The notes below the pieces were generated by a model. The model did not search any database and was not told the DNA's origin. It saw only the letters and a program-made list of their open reading frames with translations. From the NCBI RefSeq assembly GCF_006345805.1, contig NC_043017.1, positions 3,534,001 through 3,598,000 of the forward strand: 64,000 nt of DNA, written 5' to 3'. The position numbers and the translations under genes are program-made. Source of the stretch: Octopus sinensis (lineage: Eukaryota). Of the stretch, positions 1-12,938 are shown piece by piece; the stretch's first letter is position 1; every line of letters begins with the position of its first letter.

Positions 1-434
1 ATGCTGGGTCCCATAGAAGAAGATAACAAAATAATAAAAAAAAAAACCCCTCTATAAAAAGGGAGACAGTTTATTGAAATGGATCGATCCAGCTCCCATC
101 AGTATAGAAAAGCCAATATCATGATAATGATTATGGTACACGTACATGCTTATATATACACACACACACACATACATACACACACACACATACATGCACC
201 ATGCACCCACATACCCTCTCTCCCACGCAGACACTCACAGACAGACCTATCTATCTAATCAATACCGTGTTCAGGTGGTTTGGTTCAATTATTTATGTAA
301 ACGGTCATCAGCATTGATATCTGTTGCCAATAGCAACTGTTTGTTTACTTATTTAATTACTTTTATTCCCATTCTCTTTATTATATTTCGCCTTCCTTAT
401 ATTATTATTATTATTACTATTATTATTATTATTA

Positions 435-473
<39 letters not shown>

Positions 474-489
474 CTGTTACTATTATCGT

Positions 490-857
490 TGTGGTTGTTG
501 TTGTTAGGATCAATATTCTGTTTTTGTTTGGTAGTTTCATGCGAGTTTCTCCTGCGCCACCTGGTGCACCTCTGTGTTCCTGGGGTGTGTGCAGTATTGT
601 GTTCCCATTTTTGTGGGGATTGGGGGGGAGTGTGGGCTCCTCCTGTTGGTGTACTGCATAAGTTTGTTTTATGGGCTTTAGTTTTTTTTATTTCTTGTTG
701 TATTAGCTTTTGTTCCGATGTGTGTGGCGTTTGTTATGTGGAATTGTTGTTGTTGTTATTATTATTTAAAAAAATTTTTTCTGAACCCTTCGTGTATCAT
801 CTTGTGTTGTCCTTTAATGTTTTGATTTATATTAGCCCTTGTGGCCAATAAAAAGAA
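490..857 (+). mobile_element. Probable LINE 3' UTR fragment ending gcccttgtggccaataaaaagaat + (ATT)n
   Basis: T-rich body, AATAAA, simple-repeat tail; shares tcctttaatgtt and the terminal motif with 1382-1761. Confidence 0.4.
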
Positions 858-864
858 TTAATTA

Positions 865-899
<35 letters not shown>

Positions 900-908
900 C
901 ATTATCGT

Positions 909-1098
909 GGGCGTAGGAGTGGCTGTGTGGTAGGTAATTTGCTTACAAACCACATGGTTCCAGGTTCACTCCCACTGTGTGGCACCGTGTCTTCTACTAT
1001 AGCCTCGGGCCGACCAAAGCCTTGTGAGTGGATTTGGTAGACAGAAACTGAAAGAAGCCCAGTATGTATAGATATATATATTATATATATATATAATT

Positions 1099-1151
<53 letters not shown>

Positions 1152-1366
1152 AAATGTTTGTGTGTCTGTGTTTGTCCCCCGCAACATTGCTTGACAACCG
1201 ATGCTGGTGTGTTTACGTCCCCATAACTTAGCAGTTCAGCAAAAGAGACCGATAGAATAAGTACTAGGCTTACAAAGAATAAGTCCTGGGGTCGATTTGC
1301 TCAACTAAAAAGGTGGTGCTCCAGCAGGGCGACAGTCAAATGACTGAATTAAAAGAGTGAAAGAGT
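909..1366 (+). mobile_element. tRNA-derived SINE family A (~400 bp with central TA/TG microsatellite)
   Basis: A-box tggctgtgtgg, B-box ggttca(g/c)tccc, body gccgaccaaagccttgtgagtggatttggtagac, tail aaaagag repeats; dozens of full or half copies across the window. Confidence 0.85.
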
Positions 1367-1381
1367 GTTATTACTATTATT

Positions 1382-1761
1382 AGGAAAGTGAAAGTAGAGA
1401 GGGAGGTGCTGCCTTCTGGTGTGTTCACTGAAAGGTAGACGAGAGTGGCATGGCTGGTGAGACAGAATGGATCTACTCTGAGCATGCTTTGCTAAGTAGG
1501 AGGAAAGGGGCTGGAAGATGGCACTTTCCATGCCTTGAAGATGGCAGAGTAATCTGGGTCTTTTGCATGGGGGTTTACCCCCCCTCCCGAGTACTCTAAG
1601 TTGACTGCCCTGCTATTGGGGATTCTGTTTGTTTATTAATTACTGTCAGTGTATTTATCGTTTGTCATATCCTTTAATGTTGTAGTGACTCCTTTTGATG
1701 GATGTAAACTCCACCTGCTTTGTCTGTTGTGTCTTGGGCCCTTGTGACCAATCAATGAAAT
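1382..1761 (+). mobile_element. Degenerate LINE (L1/Tx1-like) ORF2 C-terminus plus 3' UTR
   Basis: Translates RKVKVEREVLPSGVFTER*TRVAWLVRQNGSTLSMLC*, resembling Tx1-type ORF2 ends (recognition from memory); (ATC)n tail follows. Confidence 0.5.
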
Positions 1762-2594
1762 CATCGTCATCATCATCATCATTGTTATTATACTTGGTAC
1801 TTATCCCATTGCTCGCTTTGCTGAACTACTAATTTACGTGGATGTAAACAAACCAACACCAGCTGTCAAGTACTGGTGGGTGACAAACACAGACACAAAG
1901 CCACACACAAACACACATAGACAGACACACACACATACATACATATATATATATACACACACACACATATACATACATATATACATACATGCACACACAC
2001 ACATATATATACACATACACAGACACATGTATATATATATGTACACTCACACACACATATGATGGGTTTCTTATTTCTTTACTACCCACAAGGGGCTAAA
2101 CATAGAGGAGACAAACAAGGACAGACAAAGGGATTAAGTTGATTACATCGACCCCCAGTGCGTAACTGGTACTTATTTAATTGACTCCAAAAGGATGAAA
2201 GGCACAGTCGACCTTGGTGGAATTTGAACTCAGAACGTAAAGACAGACGAAGTGCTGCTAAGCATTTCGCCTGGTGTGCTAACGTTTCTGCCAGCTCGCT
2301 GCTTTCTATATGATGGGTTTCTTTCAGTTTCCATCTGCAAAATCCACTCATGACAGCTGTGGCAATAGTAGAAGACATGCAGTGGGGCTAAACCCAGAAC
2401 TATGTGGTTGGGATGTAACCCCCAAACTCCTTACCACACAGCCACACCTACTGTTGTTGTTGTAATAATAACCATCATCATCATCATAAGGTCAAAAGTG
2501 CTTTTCTTAGAAATGAGAATGAAGAAATAAGAAAGAAGCATCTAATTGGCCACATCAGTTGTTGGACTGGTTTTCGCCTGAAAGGGAGTGCTGC

Positions 2595-2910
2595 TGCCTC
2601 TACCAACACCAACACCAGCACCACTACTACTAACACCACCACTGTCATTATCCTCTCTACACATACTACGACTACTGCCACAGCCAACGTGCTCTACTAC
2701 TACCAATACCAACATCACCAGTACTACTACCACCACCAGCACTAATAGCAATAAATAACACTGTTACTACTACTACTACTACTACCAACACCACCGATAC
2801 CACCATCACCATGACTACTGTTACTACTACCACCTTTACTAACGCTATCACTACCACCACTTTTAATAGCAGTACCACCACCACCACCACCACCACAACT
2901 GCTGCCACTG
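2595..2910. repeat. Imperfect (ACT/ACC)n trinucleotide tract
   Basis: Directly visible. Confidence 0.9.
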
Positions 2911-3258
2911 CCAGACTTCTTTCAGTTTCTGTCTACCAAATCCACTGACAAGGCATTGGTCAATCCAAGGCTATTGAAGAAGACACTTGCCCAAGGTGCC
3001 ATGCAGTGGGGACTGAACCCAGAACCATGTGGTTGGGAAGAAAACTTTTTGCCGCACAGCCACGCCTCTGCCTAAAGTGGCCAGCAAAGCCTCTACAGAG
3101 AATCGAACCCTATATGTCTCAAATTTGAGTTGAACATTCTGTACCGTTAAGCTAAGAACCTCCTGATGCCTCTCTGTGCATGTGTGTGTGTGCATATGCA
3201 TGTTTTCATGTATCTTTGACTTAGCATCATGTGATGATTATACATGAGCATTCCTATA

Positions 3259-3658
3259 GGTGCAGAATGGCTGTGTGGTAAGTAGCTTGTTTACCAACCA
3301 CATGGTTCCGGGTTCAGTCCCACTGCGTGGCACCTTGGGCAAGTGTCTTCTGCTATAGCCTCGGGCCGACCAAAACCTTGTGAGTGGATTTGGTAGACGG
3401 AAACTGAAAGAAGCCCGTCGTATGTGCGTGTGTGTGTGTTTGTGTGTCTGTGTTTGTCCCCCCCTAGCATTGCTTGACAACCGATGCTGGTGTGTTTACG
3501 TCCCCGTTACTTAGCGGTTCGGCTAAAAGAGACCGATAGAATAAGTACTGGGCTTACAAAAGAATAAGTCCCAGGGTCGAGTTGCTCGATTAAAGGCGGT
3601 GCTCCAGCATGGCCACAGTCAAATGACTGAAACAAGTGAAAGAGAGAGTAAAAGAGAG
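3259..3658 (+). mobile_element. SINE family A, full-length copy
   Basis: Co-linear with 909-1366 and 4806-5225. Confidence 0.85.
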
Positions 3659-4104
3659 CATCATCACCACATGAACAAGATAGAGCAACCACGTAAAGAT
3701 TATCTCTCATTGGCTGTGTGTTTAAATGTAATGTATTGTGTGTTTGCATATATATTGGAGTATTTTGTGTGTTTCTGGATTGTGTGTGTGTGTGTGCTAT
3801 CATTGTGTATGTGTATTATGAGTGTGTGGATGACTGTAAATGTATGTTGTGTGCAGCAGTGTTTTGCGTTGTCTCTGCATAAGTGTGTGAATGCCTGCAA
3901 GTGTGTGTGTGTGTGTGTCTTTTCTGGTCCCCCCTATTATTTTTATGTTGTGGGTAACCTGAATTGTTGATGTACAAGACAGGCTTGCTGTCAGGTCATT
4001 GTGATTGTGGGTAGCTGGGACTGTCGGCTAGTTGGTAAGGGAGTTGGACGTGGGGAGGGTCTCTCTTTCTCTCTCTCTCTGTCTCAATATATCTATCTAT
4101 CTAC

Positions 4105-4157
<53 letters not shown>

Positions 4158-4438
4158 TGCATGCATGGGTGTGTGTATATATATGTACATGTCTACATAC
4201 ATGCTTGCATACATATATATATATATGTATATGCATGTCTACATACATATATATATAAAATAATGAAATTGTTGTATACAATCCTCAGGTGCACTGTATA
4301 TATATACATATACACACACACACATATATATATACTTGCATGTCTGTGTATTTACATACACACACATACACACACACACACATATATATGGAAGGAAATG
4401 CATAAATGCATGCATGCCTCTGTGCATACATACGATAC

Positions 4439-4476
<38 letters not shown>

Positions 4477-4617
4477 CAAGTGAGAGAGAGAGTGTGTGAT
4501 GAAAGGAGAGGGAGACAATAAAAGTGAACAGAGAAAGAGAAGGGGAACAGCCTGACAGACAATTCAACTCCTGGCCCCCCCCTCTCTCTCTCTCCTCTCT
4601 TTCTCTCCTTACCCAAG

Positions 4618-4686
4618 TTCAAGCAGTACTTCAGTCCAGTGCGCTACAGCCACAACATGTTAACATGGTTGCCTCCGCAGCAACAG
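4618..4686 (+). CDS. Candidate orphan exon (69 nt, phase 1-1): VQAVLQSSALQPQHVNMVASAAT(G); gene unidentified
   Basis: Long CT tract + ccttacccaag acceptor, CAG|gtgtgt donor, open and protein-like in phase 1, non-repetitive context; no family recognised. Confidence 0.3.
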
Positions 4687-4805
4687 GTGTGTCCTTCAGT
4701 TTTTACCAGTGGGGGGTTTGTTATTGTAAACTTCTACATACGTACTCAGCCTGCTAAATATAGCAGTGAAATCTCCCTAAAATTATACACCAATATCTAT
4801 ATATT

Positions 4806-4969
4806 GAGCGCAGGAGCGGCTGTGTGGTAAGTAGCTAGCTTACCAACCACATGGTTCCGGGTTCAGTCCCACTGCATGGCACCTTGGGCAAGTGTCTTCT
4901 GCTATAGCCCCGGGCCGACCAATGCCTTGTGAGTGGATTTGGTAGACGGAAACTGAAAGAAGCCTGTCG

Positions 4970-5002
<33 letters not shown>

Positions 5003-5225
5003 ATGTGTATGTGTATGTGTTTGTCCCCCTAGCATTGCTTGACAACCGATGATGGTGTGTTTACGTCCCCGTCACTTAGCGGTTCGGCAAAAGAGACCGA
5101 TAGAATAAGTACTGGGCTTACAAAGAATAAGTCCTGGGGTCGAGTTGCTCAACTAAAGGCGGTGCTCCAGCATGGCCGCAGTCAAATGACTGAAACAAGT
5201 AAAAGAGAAAAAAAAGAGAAAGAGA
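4806..5225 (+). mobile_element. SINE family A, full-length copy
   Basis: Same head, body and tail as the other family A copies. Confidence 0.85.
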
Positions 5226-5755
5226 TATCATCATCATCATCATTTAATGTTCCATGGAGCTGGCTAACAGGAACTGTCCAGATTCCAACTGTCTGTTGTG
5301 GCACAGGGTCCCTACTGCTGGGTGCCCTTCCTAATGTCAGCCACTTAACAGAATGTACTGAGTTCAAATTCCGCCGAGGTCGACTTTGCCTTTCATCCTT
5401 TCGGGGTCGATAAATTAAGTACCAGTTATGCACTGGGGTCGATATAATTGACTTAATCCGTTTGTCTGTCCTTGTTTGTCCCCTCTGTGTGGTCTTTTGC
5501 CAAACCTCAAAGCTACAAAAACATAAGCACAACAACACCAGTTGTTAAGTGGTGCTACGAGACAAACAGAGACACACACACGACAGGCTTCTTTCAGTTT
5601 CTATCTAACAAATCAACAAGAAGACACCCACTTGCTCAAGGTGCTATGCAGTAGGACTGAACCCGAAACCATGTGGTTGGAAAGCAAGCTTCTTACCACA
5701 CAGCCACACTGCACCTAAAAATATATATATATATATAAGTGTGTGTGTGTGTATC

Positions 5756-6207
5756 ATCATCATCATCATCATCATCATTTAGCGTCCGTTTTCCATGCTA
5801 GCATGGGTTGGACGGTTCTACTGGGGTCTGTGAAGCCAGAAGGCTTCATCAGGCCCAGTCAAATCTGGCAGTGTTTCTACGGCTGGATGCCCTTCCTAAC
5901 GCCAACCACTCCGTGAGTGTAGTGGGTGCTTTTTACGTGCCACCCGCACTGGTGCCAGACAGAGCTGGCAAACGGCCACGAACGGATGGTGCTTTTTATG
6001 TGCCACCGGCACGAGGGCCAGGCGAGGCTGGCAACGGACACGAAACGGGGCGGTGCTGGCAACGGTCGCGAAACGGAATGTTCTCTTACATTCCACCAGC
6101 ACTGGTAACACATCTGCAATTTCCATTGATCGATTTCGATTCTGATCCTCACTTGCCTCAATGGGTCTTCACAAGCAGAGTTTCAACATGCCACCGGCAC
6201 TGGTAGC
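5756..6207 (-). mobile_element. Repeat family C (ends cggacgttaaa(tga)n; RTE-tail-like SINE), extended copy
   Basis: (GAT)n tail on the minus strand, core ctggatgcccttcctaacgccaaccactcc. Copies at ~13725-13890, 21984-22120, 26270-26410, 35680-35820, 50206-50380, 50598-50780, 52290-52465, 54000-54400, 55848-56130. Confidence 0.8.
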
Positions 6208-6305
6208 ACATCCGCAATTTCCATTGATCGATTTCGATTCTGATCCTCACTTTTGTATGTATATATATATATATATGTATGTATATATATATATGTATGT
6301 ATATA

Positions 6306-6469
6306 GGTGCAGGTGTAGCTATGTGGTAAGAAGCTTGCTTTCCAACCACATGGTTCCGGATTCAGTCCCACTGTGTGGCACCTTGGGCAAGTGTCTTATG
6401 GGTATAGTCTCAGGCTGACCAATGCCTCGTAAGTGCATTTGGTAGATGAAAACTGATAGAAGCTCGTCG

Positions 6470-6512
<43 letters not shown>

Positions 6513-6718
6513 CTGTGTCTGTGTTAGTCGCCACTTGACAACCAATGTTGGTGTGTTTGTGTCCCTGGAACTTAGCAGTTCGGCAGGTGAGACCGATAGC
6601 GTAAGTACTAGGCTTACAAAGAATAAGTCTTGGGGTCGATTTGTTCAACTAAAGGCGATGCTTCAGCATGGCCGCATTCAAATGACCGAAACAATGACTG
6701 AAACAAATAATAAAAAGA
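6306..6718 (+). mobile_element. SINE family A copy
   Basis: Same head, body and tail; more diverged. Confidence 0.8.
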
Positions 6719-8608
6719 TATATATATATATATACACATATACATATATATATACAAACATACAAATACACACACACACACACGTGACGATGAAATGTTA
6801 TTTTAATTCTACCTTGACTCCTCAAATGAGGCATTATGGCTATCTAATGTGTGTTTAATTAACAGTATATGTTTATGTTAAGGAGTTAACAAGTCTCTTT
6901 GAATGAGGAAAGCCTTTTGATTGGTGTTCTTTGCTAATTAGTTGATGTGCTCACAGCCTAACCTCAGTAATAACAGCACATGCCTATTCTTAAAGGAATT
7001 AACTAGAATCACACGTCTTTGATGAAATCACTTTTAGAACTGGCCATTCAAGGTAAACTGTATGTCAATGTTCTGCTTATCTGTGTGTGTGTGTGTATGT
7101 ACGTGCACTTTTACATATGTAAGAATGTGTGTCTGTGTTTTTTTTTATAAGTGTGTCAGAGAAGCAAATGGAAATTTTGAAATCTTGTCAAACTTTGTTC
7201 TACCTTTTACCATTAAATCTTCCTCAAAGTGTTTTAATGATTGGTAGTGGTGGTGGTGGATCGTAGTACTGTATTATTGCTAAGAGTGTACCATATGACC
7301 CAGACTGGTTTTGGTAGGGGTCACCTTCTCTCCATTTTACTCCTTTAAAACTGTAAAACTGAAAAAAAAAAGGAGGTAATTTGCATAATATTACTTACTA
7401 CAGAGAAAGGTAAGTGCGTAAAATTTAAAAATTAGATGCCACAATATTTTCCTTTTTACTATACTATTATTAAGTTCTTTATCTTTAGGGACAGAAACCT
7501 GTTTAATCCTTTTGCATTTAAACCAACCATATCTGGCCCAAATATTCTCCCTTGTTTTATTTTGAAACTGGCCAGATCCAGCCTCTCACAACTACTCTAC
7601 AATATCATTCTAAAACGAAACAGTCACAGCTTCAAAATCTTGAGGCTATGAGACGATAATGCCTGATGAATTCAAGACAAGGTGAATAAATGAGTATCAC
7701 TTTGGATGAAATAATCTGAATGCTAAATGCTTGAATATTCTTCACTTCCTGGTAGTGTATTGGCAGACTTGGTTGACAAAATGCTGTGCGATATCTGGTT
7801 CTTATGTACTGAGATCAAGTCCCACTGAAGTCAAATTTGTCTTTCATAGTTCCAGGATCAGTAAAATAAAGCACCAGTCATGTACTGGGGGCAATGAATC
7901 AATCAGTTTTAATCCCTTCTCTAAAATTTGTGGCACTGTACCAATTTTAGAAACTAATATTTGTCTTAGTTTAAGGCAGCAAGCTGGCAGAATCTTTAGC
8001 ACATGGGGCAAAATGCTTAGTGGCATTTAATCTATCTTTACGTTTTGAGTTCAAATTCTGCCAAGGTTCATTTTGCCTTTCATCCTTTCAGGGTCAATGA
8101 AATAAGTACCAGTTAAGCACTAGGGTCAATATAAAGATTTTCCCCCACCCCTGAAAATTACTGGCCTTGTGCCAAAATTTAAAACTGATATTTACGTCTC
8201 AATCTGTTTGATAACTATTTGTCATCAACAGTCTTATTCTTGAAATATGAACCTTGTTTGTTCCTTCTCAAGCCGTGTCTGGCTCAGGTGGATGCCGGTC
8301 TGTCGCAGGTGAGCTGCTAGATGCTGGAGGAAAGAGTGAGAGAAAGTTGTGGCGAAAGAGTCAGCAGAAGTTTGCCTTTACCTTCTGCCAGAGCCACATG
8401 GAACTTAGGGGCTTCACTCATAAACATATACATCACTCGGTCTGAGATTCAAGCCCACGATCTCCCAACCGTGAGTCCGCTGCTCTAACCACTAGGCCAT
8501 GTGCCTCCACAAAGAATGAACTTAGTAAACTTAAAGGTGAAAATGGTGAAAATGGAGCTTCCTCTTAAGTCATTAATACAGTTTTTAATCCAGCCCAGTA
8601 CCATGTAC

Positions 8609-8615
8609 CTATTGA

Positions 8616-8660
<45 letters not shown>

Positions 8661-9050
8661 ATATATGTTATATATATTATATGTATTAATATATATATAT
8701 ATAGATATATATGTATATATGGTATGTATATATATATGTATATATATATATGTATGATATATATATGTATAATAGATATATGTATGTATATATATATATG
8801 TATATAGTATATATGTATATATATATATGTATTATATATATATATATATATATGTATGTATATATATATATATATATTGTATGTATATATATGTATATAT
8901 ATATATGTATGTATATATATATATATATATAATATGTATGTAATATATTATATATATATATATGTATGTATATATATATATAATATATATGTATATATAT
9001 ATATAATATATATATGTATAGTATTATATATATATATATATATATGTATG

Positions 9051-9081
<31 letters not shown>

Positions 9082-9119
9082 ATATATATATATATACACC
9101 TATATATATATATATATTG

Positions 9120-9158
<39 letters not shown>

Positions 9159-9395
9159 ATATATATATATATATACACCTATATATATATATGTATGTAT
9201 ATATTATATGTATATATATATATGTATATTATATATGTATGTATATATATATATATATATATAATATAATATATATATGTAGTATATATATAATATGTAT
9301 GTATATATATATATAGATATATATGATAGTATATATATATATATATATGTATGTATATATATATATTATATATTATATATATATATATTATATGT

Positions 9396-9452
<57 letters not shown>

Positions 9453-9536
9453 TATATGTATGTATATTTATATAATAATATGTATGTATATATATATATT
9501 ATATATATAATATATGTATGTGTTTGTATGCATTAT

Positions 9537-9571
<35 letters not shown>

Positions 9572-9812
9572 TAATATATATATATATAATATATATAAGT
9601 ATATATATATGTATTGTGTGTTTATGCATGTATTGTATAGATATATATATATAGATATATATATATATATATGTTATGTGTGTGTGTATGCATGTATGTG
9701 TAAATATATAGATAATATATATATAATATATAATATGTTATGTGTGTGTGTATGCATGTATGTGTATATTATAATATATATATAGATATGTATTATATCT
9801 ATGTATATATAT
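8609..9812. repeat. ~1.2 kb imperfect (TA)n/(TATG)n microsatellite field
   Basis: Directly visible; source of the many Y/I-rich pseudo-ORFs. Confidence 0.95.
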
Positions 9813-11079
9813 CTGAGAAAAATACACCTGGTGGTGTTGAATATTGAACTGATTAAAACATTGTGTGAGTGTAAAGTAAATTTAAACAAATGTTTTGGTT
9901 TTTTTTTTTTGTATCTCGAACAACAATGTTAATAACGGCCTGGAAAAGTTATAATTATATAGGCAGAGGGGTGGCTGTGTGGTAAGAAGTCTGCTTCCCA
10001 ACCATATGATTACGGATTTAGTCCCACTGCATGGCATCTTGGGCAAGTGTCTTCTACCATAGGCTTCGAGCTGGGCAAAGCTTTGTGAGTGGATTTGGTA
10101 GATGGAAACTGAAAGTAGCCCATCGTATATATATATATATATATATATATAGTCAAAATAGGCAACTGTATATCCAGAGGTTATGCAGTACAATCGTTTC
10201 AAGCGACTCCATTTAATTGAAACTGTATGGATAATACCGTACTAAATTCTGGTGCCTCAACTTAAGTACCCGATTCATCTGAATCTAAATTTTTGCTATA
10301 TATATATATGTATATATACGTGTGTCTTTGTGTCGGTGTTTGTACCCCACCACCGCTTGACAACTGGTGTTAGTGTGTTTACATCCCTGTAACTTAGCAG
10401 TTCAGCAAAAGGGACCGAAAGAAAGACTACCAGGCTTTACAAGAAAATAAAAAGTACTGGGGTCGATTCACTTGATTAAAATTTTTCAAGGTGGTGCTTG
10501 AAGACACAAGCAACTCATCTTAGATATTATTTCTTTTTTTTTTTAATGCTTGGTAAACATTCTATCAGTCTCCTTGCTGAACCTCTACACTATGGGGACA
10601 TAAACACACCAATACTGGTTGCCAAGCAGTGATGGAACACACACACACAGAAAAATGCTTCTTTCAGTTACTGTCTACCAAATCCACTCACAAGGCTTTG
10701 GTCAGCTCAAGGCTGTAATAGAAGACATTTTGCCCCAACGTGCCACACTGTGGACCGAACCTGGCTGATCCATGTGGGTCTTTAATTATCAAACTTAAGG
10801 TGGTAGGGTGTTTAGAAGGAGCTTTTTGGGCGAGTTCAAGCAGGTCAAATCCAGTATGTGGAGCCAGTTCTTTCACTGTTGTTTTCATAGCATCAAAGTT
10901 CAGAGAAATTCCTTGATGTGAATTCTGGAAAGAGATTTATATTAACAACCATCAGCCTCTTTTTAGAAAATTGTTTACATACATTTTACCCCCTTTTTCC
11001 AATCACACCTACATCTCATTCTTCCTATTTTACTGTGTGTGAGTATGTGTGTATTTGTGTATATATATATATGTATATA

Positions 11080-11114
<35 letters not shown>

Positions 11115-11132
11115 CCTATTTTTTACTCCGCC

Positions 11133-11442
11133 GGTTACGACGACGAGGGTCCCAGCTGATACGATCAACGGAACAGCTTGCTCGTGAAATTAACGTGCAA
11201 ATGGCTGAGCATTCCACAGACACGTGTACCCTTAACGTAGTTCTCGGGGATAATCAGCGTGACACAGAGAGTGACAAGGCTGACCCTTTGAAAATACAAG
11301 TACAACTCATTTTTGCCAGCTGAGTGGACTGGAGCAACGTGAAATAAAGTGTCTTGCTCAAGGACACAACGCATCGCCGGGAATCGAACTCACAACCTTA
11401 CGATCATGAGCCGAATGCCCTAACCACTAAGCCACGCGCCCT
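11133..11442 (-). mobile_element. tRNA-derived SINE family D
   Basis: Minus-strand head ggcgcgtggcttagtggttaggg...gagttcgattccc (A/B boxes). Related copies at ~14783-15050, 17260-17500, 18710-18860, 41586-41993. Confidence 0.8.
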
Positions 11443-11911
11443 CACATATATATCCACTCTATATTATCCAGCCCTCTCTCTTTTCTCTCTGTATTATATA
11501 TATATGTCCCAAAAACATTATTTCTATTATATAATACCTGTTTGTTTTGCTGTTGACTCTGAAACTGTGTCGACAGAGATATTGTTTTCACAGACTCATT
11601 GGGTAATTTTGGCTTTTAACAACGTTTTATTTTTATATTGGTATCACACACACACACATGCATACACACAAAGTTGTTTGAATGTCTTTCTTGTACATGT
11701 TCAGGAAGTTCTTTGTAGTTGCTCATCCTGCTAGAAACAGCAGCCTAATTCTCACCAACCACACTCTACAGATTGCTTAATATAAATTGGTAAAAGATGG
11801 GATTATCTCAGCTGGAATACTTTTAGTCGTACATCTACTCAATCAGGGATGGCTTGTTTCTAATCAACACCAACATTGAGGAGCAGGTTCCTTGCAGTTG
11901 GTTTGTTTGAC

Positions 11912-12063
11912 GAACTAGCAGAGAAGCTTGGATTTGATCATTCGACCATTCATCGACACCTGTGTACCATTGGAGAAGTCAGCAAATTGGGTCAGTGGGT
12001 TCCTCACAAACTTTTCAGTCTAATCGCATGCAGAGAGTGAATGTGCGCTTTTCTTTGCTGCCA
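11912..12063 (+). pseudogene. Mariner transposase fragment (HTH-linker region)
   Basis: Translates ELAEKLGFDHSTIHRHLCTIGEVSKLGQWVPHKL, matching the mariner WVPHEL linker motif; then a frameshift and stop. Confidence 0.8.
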
Positions 12064-12248
12064 TAAGGATGCTTTAATTTCCTTTCATTCTTTCTCCAGA
12101 TTGTGTTTTGTTTCTCAGTTTCTTCCCAACCATATGGTTCCGGGTTCAGTCCCACTGCGTGGCACCTTGGACAAGTGTCTTCTACTAAAGCCTTGGGATG
12201 ACCAAAGCTTTGTGTGTGGATATGCTAGATGGAAATTGAAAGAAGCCT

Positions 12249-12289
<41 letters not shown>

Positions 12290-12701
12290 GTGTACATTTA
12301 AACACAAGAGAAAACTACCTTTAACAGGTAATTTTTACATGCTAGAAGAAGCAGTCAAAACGACCAAAACCATATTTAAGAGCAATTTTTGAAGGGAATG
12401 AAAAATAAAAACTCACTGTCTCTCCTCTCTCTCTCTCTCTCTAGCTCTCTTTTATTCTTACTTTCTTTCTCTCTCTCACTGACTCCCTCTTATTATTATG
12501 CAGAGAGTGAATGTGCGCTTTTCTTTGCTGTCATAAGGATGCTTTAATTTCCTTACATTCTTTCTCCAGATTGTGTTTTGTTTCTCAGTTTATCTCACTC
12601 TTAGTCATAGAAGACTGGAAATGAATGGCATTTGTTAACCCTCATGCAATGTCAAAACAAGGACCCCGCCACACACACACACACACATACATGTATATAT
12701 A

Positions 12702-12938
12702 CAAGGGGTTGCTGAAAAGTTCCTGGCTTTGGGTAAAAGGAAATATGGAAGAATCAGTACATTATGATTTTATACAAACATATTCCCCTCTCAGAGGGGA
12801 ACATTTTGTATAAAATACACTTATTGCAATGGGCCCTTCAGTTTTTTTTAAGCCCTATAAAAGTACTTGAAAGGCTGGACCTCCAACCAGGCTTTTCCCA
12901 ATGCCCTTAAAACCAGAAACTTTACAGCACCCCCCTTG
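12702..12938. mobile_element. Tc1/mariner-type MITE
   Basis: Imperfect ~29-bp TIRs (caaggggttgctgaaaagttcctggcttt / aaaccagaaactttacagcacccccc ttg) with TA on both sides (12700-12701, 12939-12940). Confidence 0.75.

Noticed and set aside
3599-3970. Recurring ORF starts such as MLQHGHSQMTETS, MGWTVRPGSGKP, WYLIYRPRKDERQSRPRRN and FRLPNPLTRLWSARGYSRRHLPK that look like a protein family
   Set aside because: Each is a reading frame through one of the SINE families; the recurrence reflects repeat copy number.
7038-7052. 15-nt ag|AACTGGCCATTCAAG|gtaaac microexon-like segment
   Set aside because: It lies at the end of a ~190-bp stretch that appears to be an interspersed repeat, and both splice signals are weak.
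8686-9785. Many 60-235 aa ORFs rich in Y/I/C/V/M/H/T (also at 146-851, 1829-2089, 4001-4622, 44397-45121, 57750-58791)
   Set aside because: They are translations of (TA)n, (TG)n, (CA)n and (ATT)n microsatellites, with no splice or domain support.
10688-10888. Protein-like minus ORF MKTTVKELAPHTGFDLLELAQKAPSKHP
   Set aside because: No recognisable homology or convincing splice sites; the second half is SINE sequence.
11370-11442. tRNA-like sequence with A/B boxes and a CAT anticodon-like loop on the minus strand (similar heads at 27049-27125 and in SINE A/B)
   Set aside because: The acceptor stem does not close and the sequence runs straight into a repeated SINE body; these are SINE heads, not tRNA genes.
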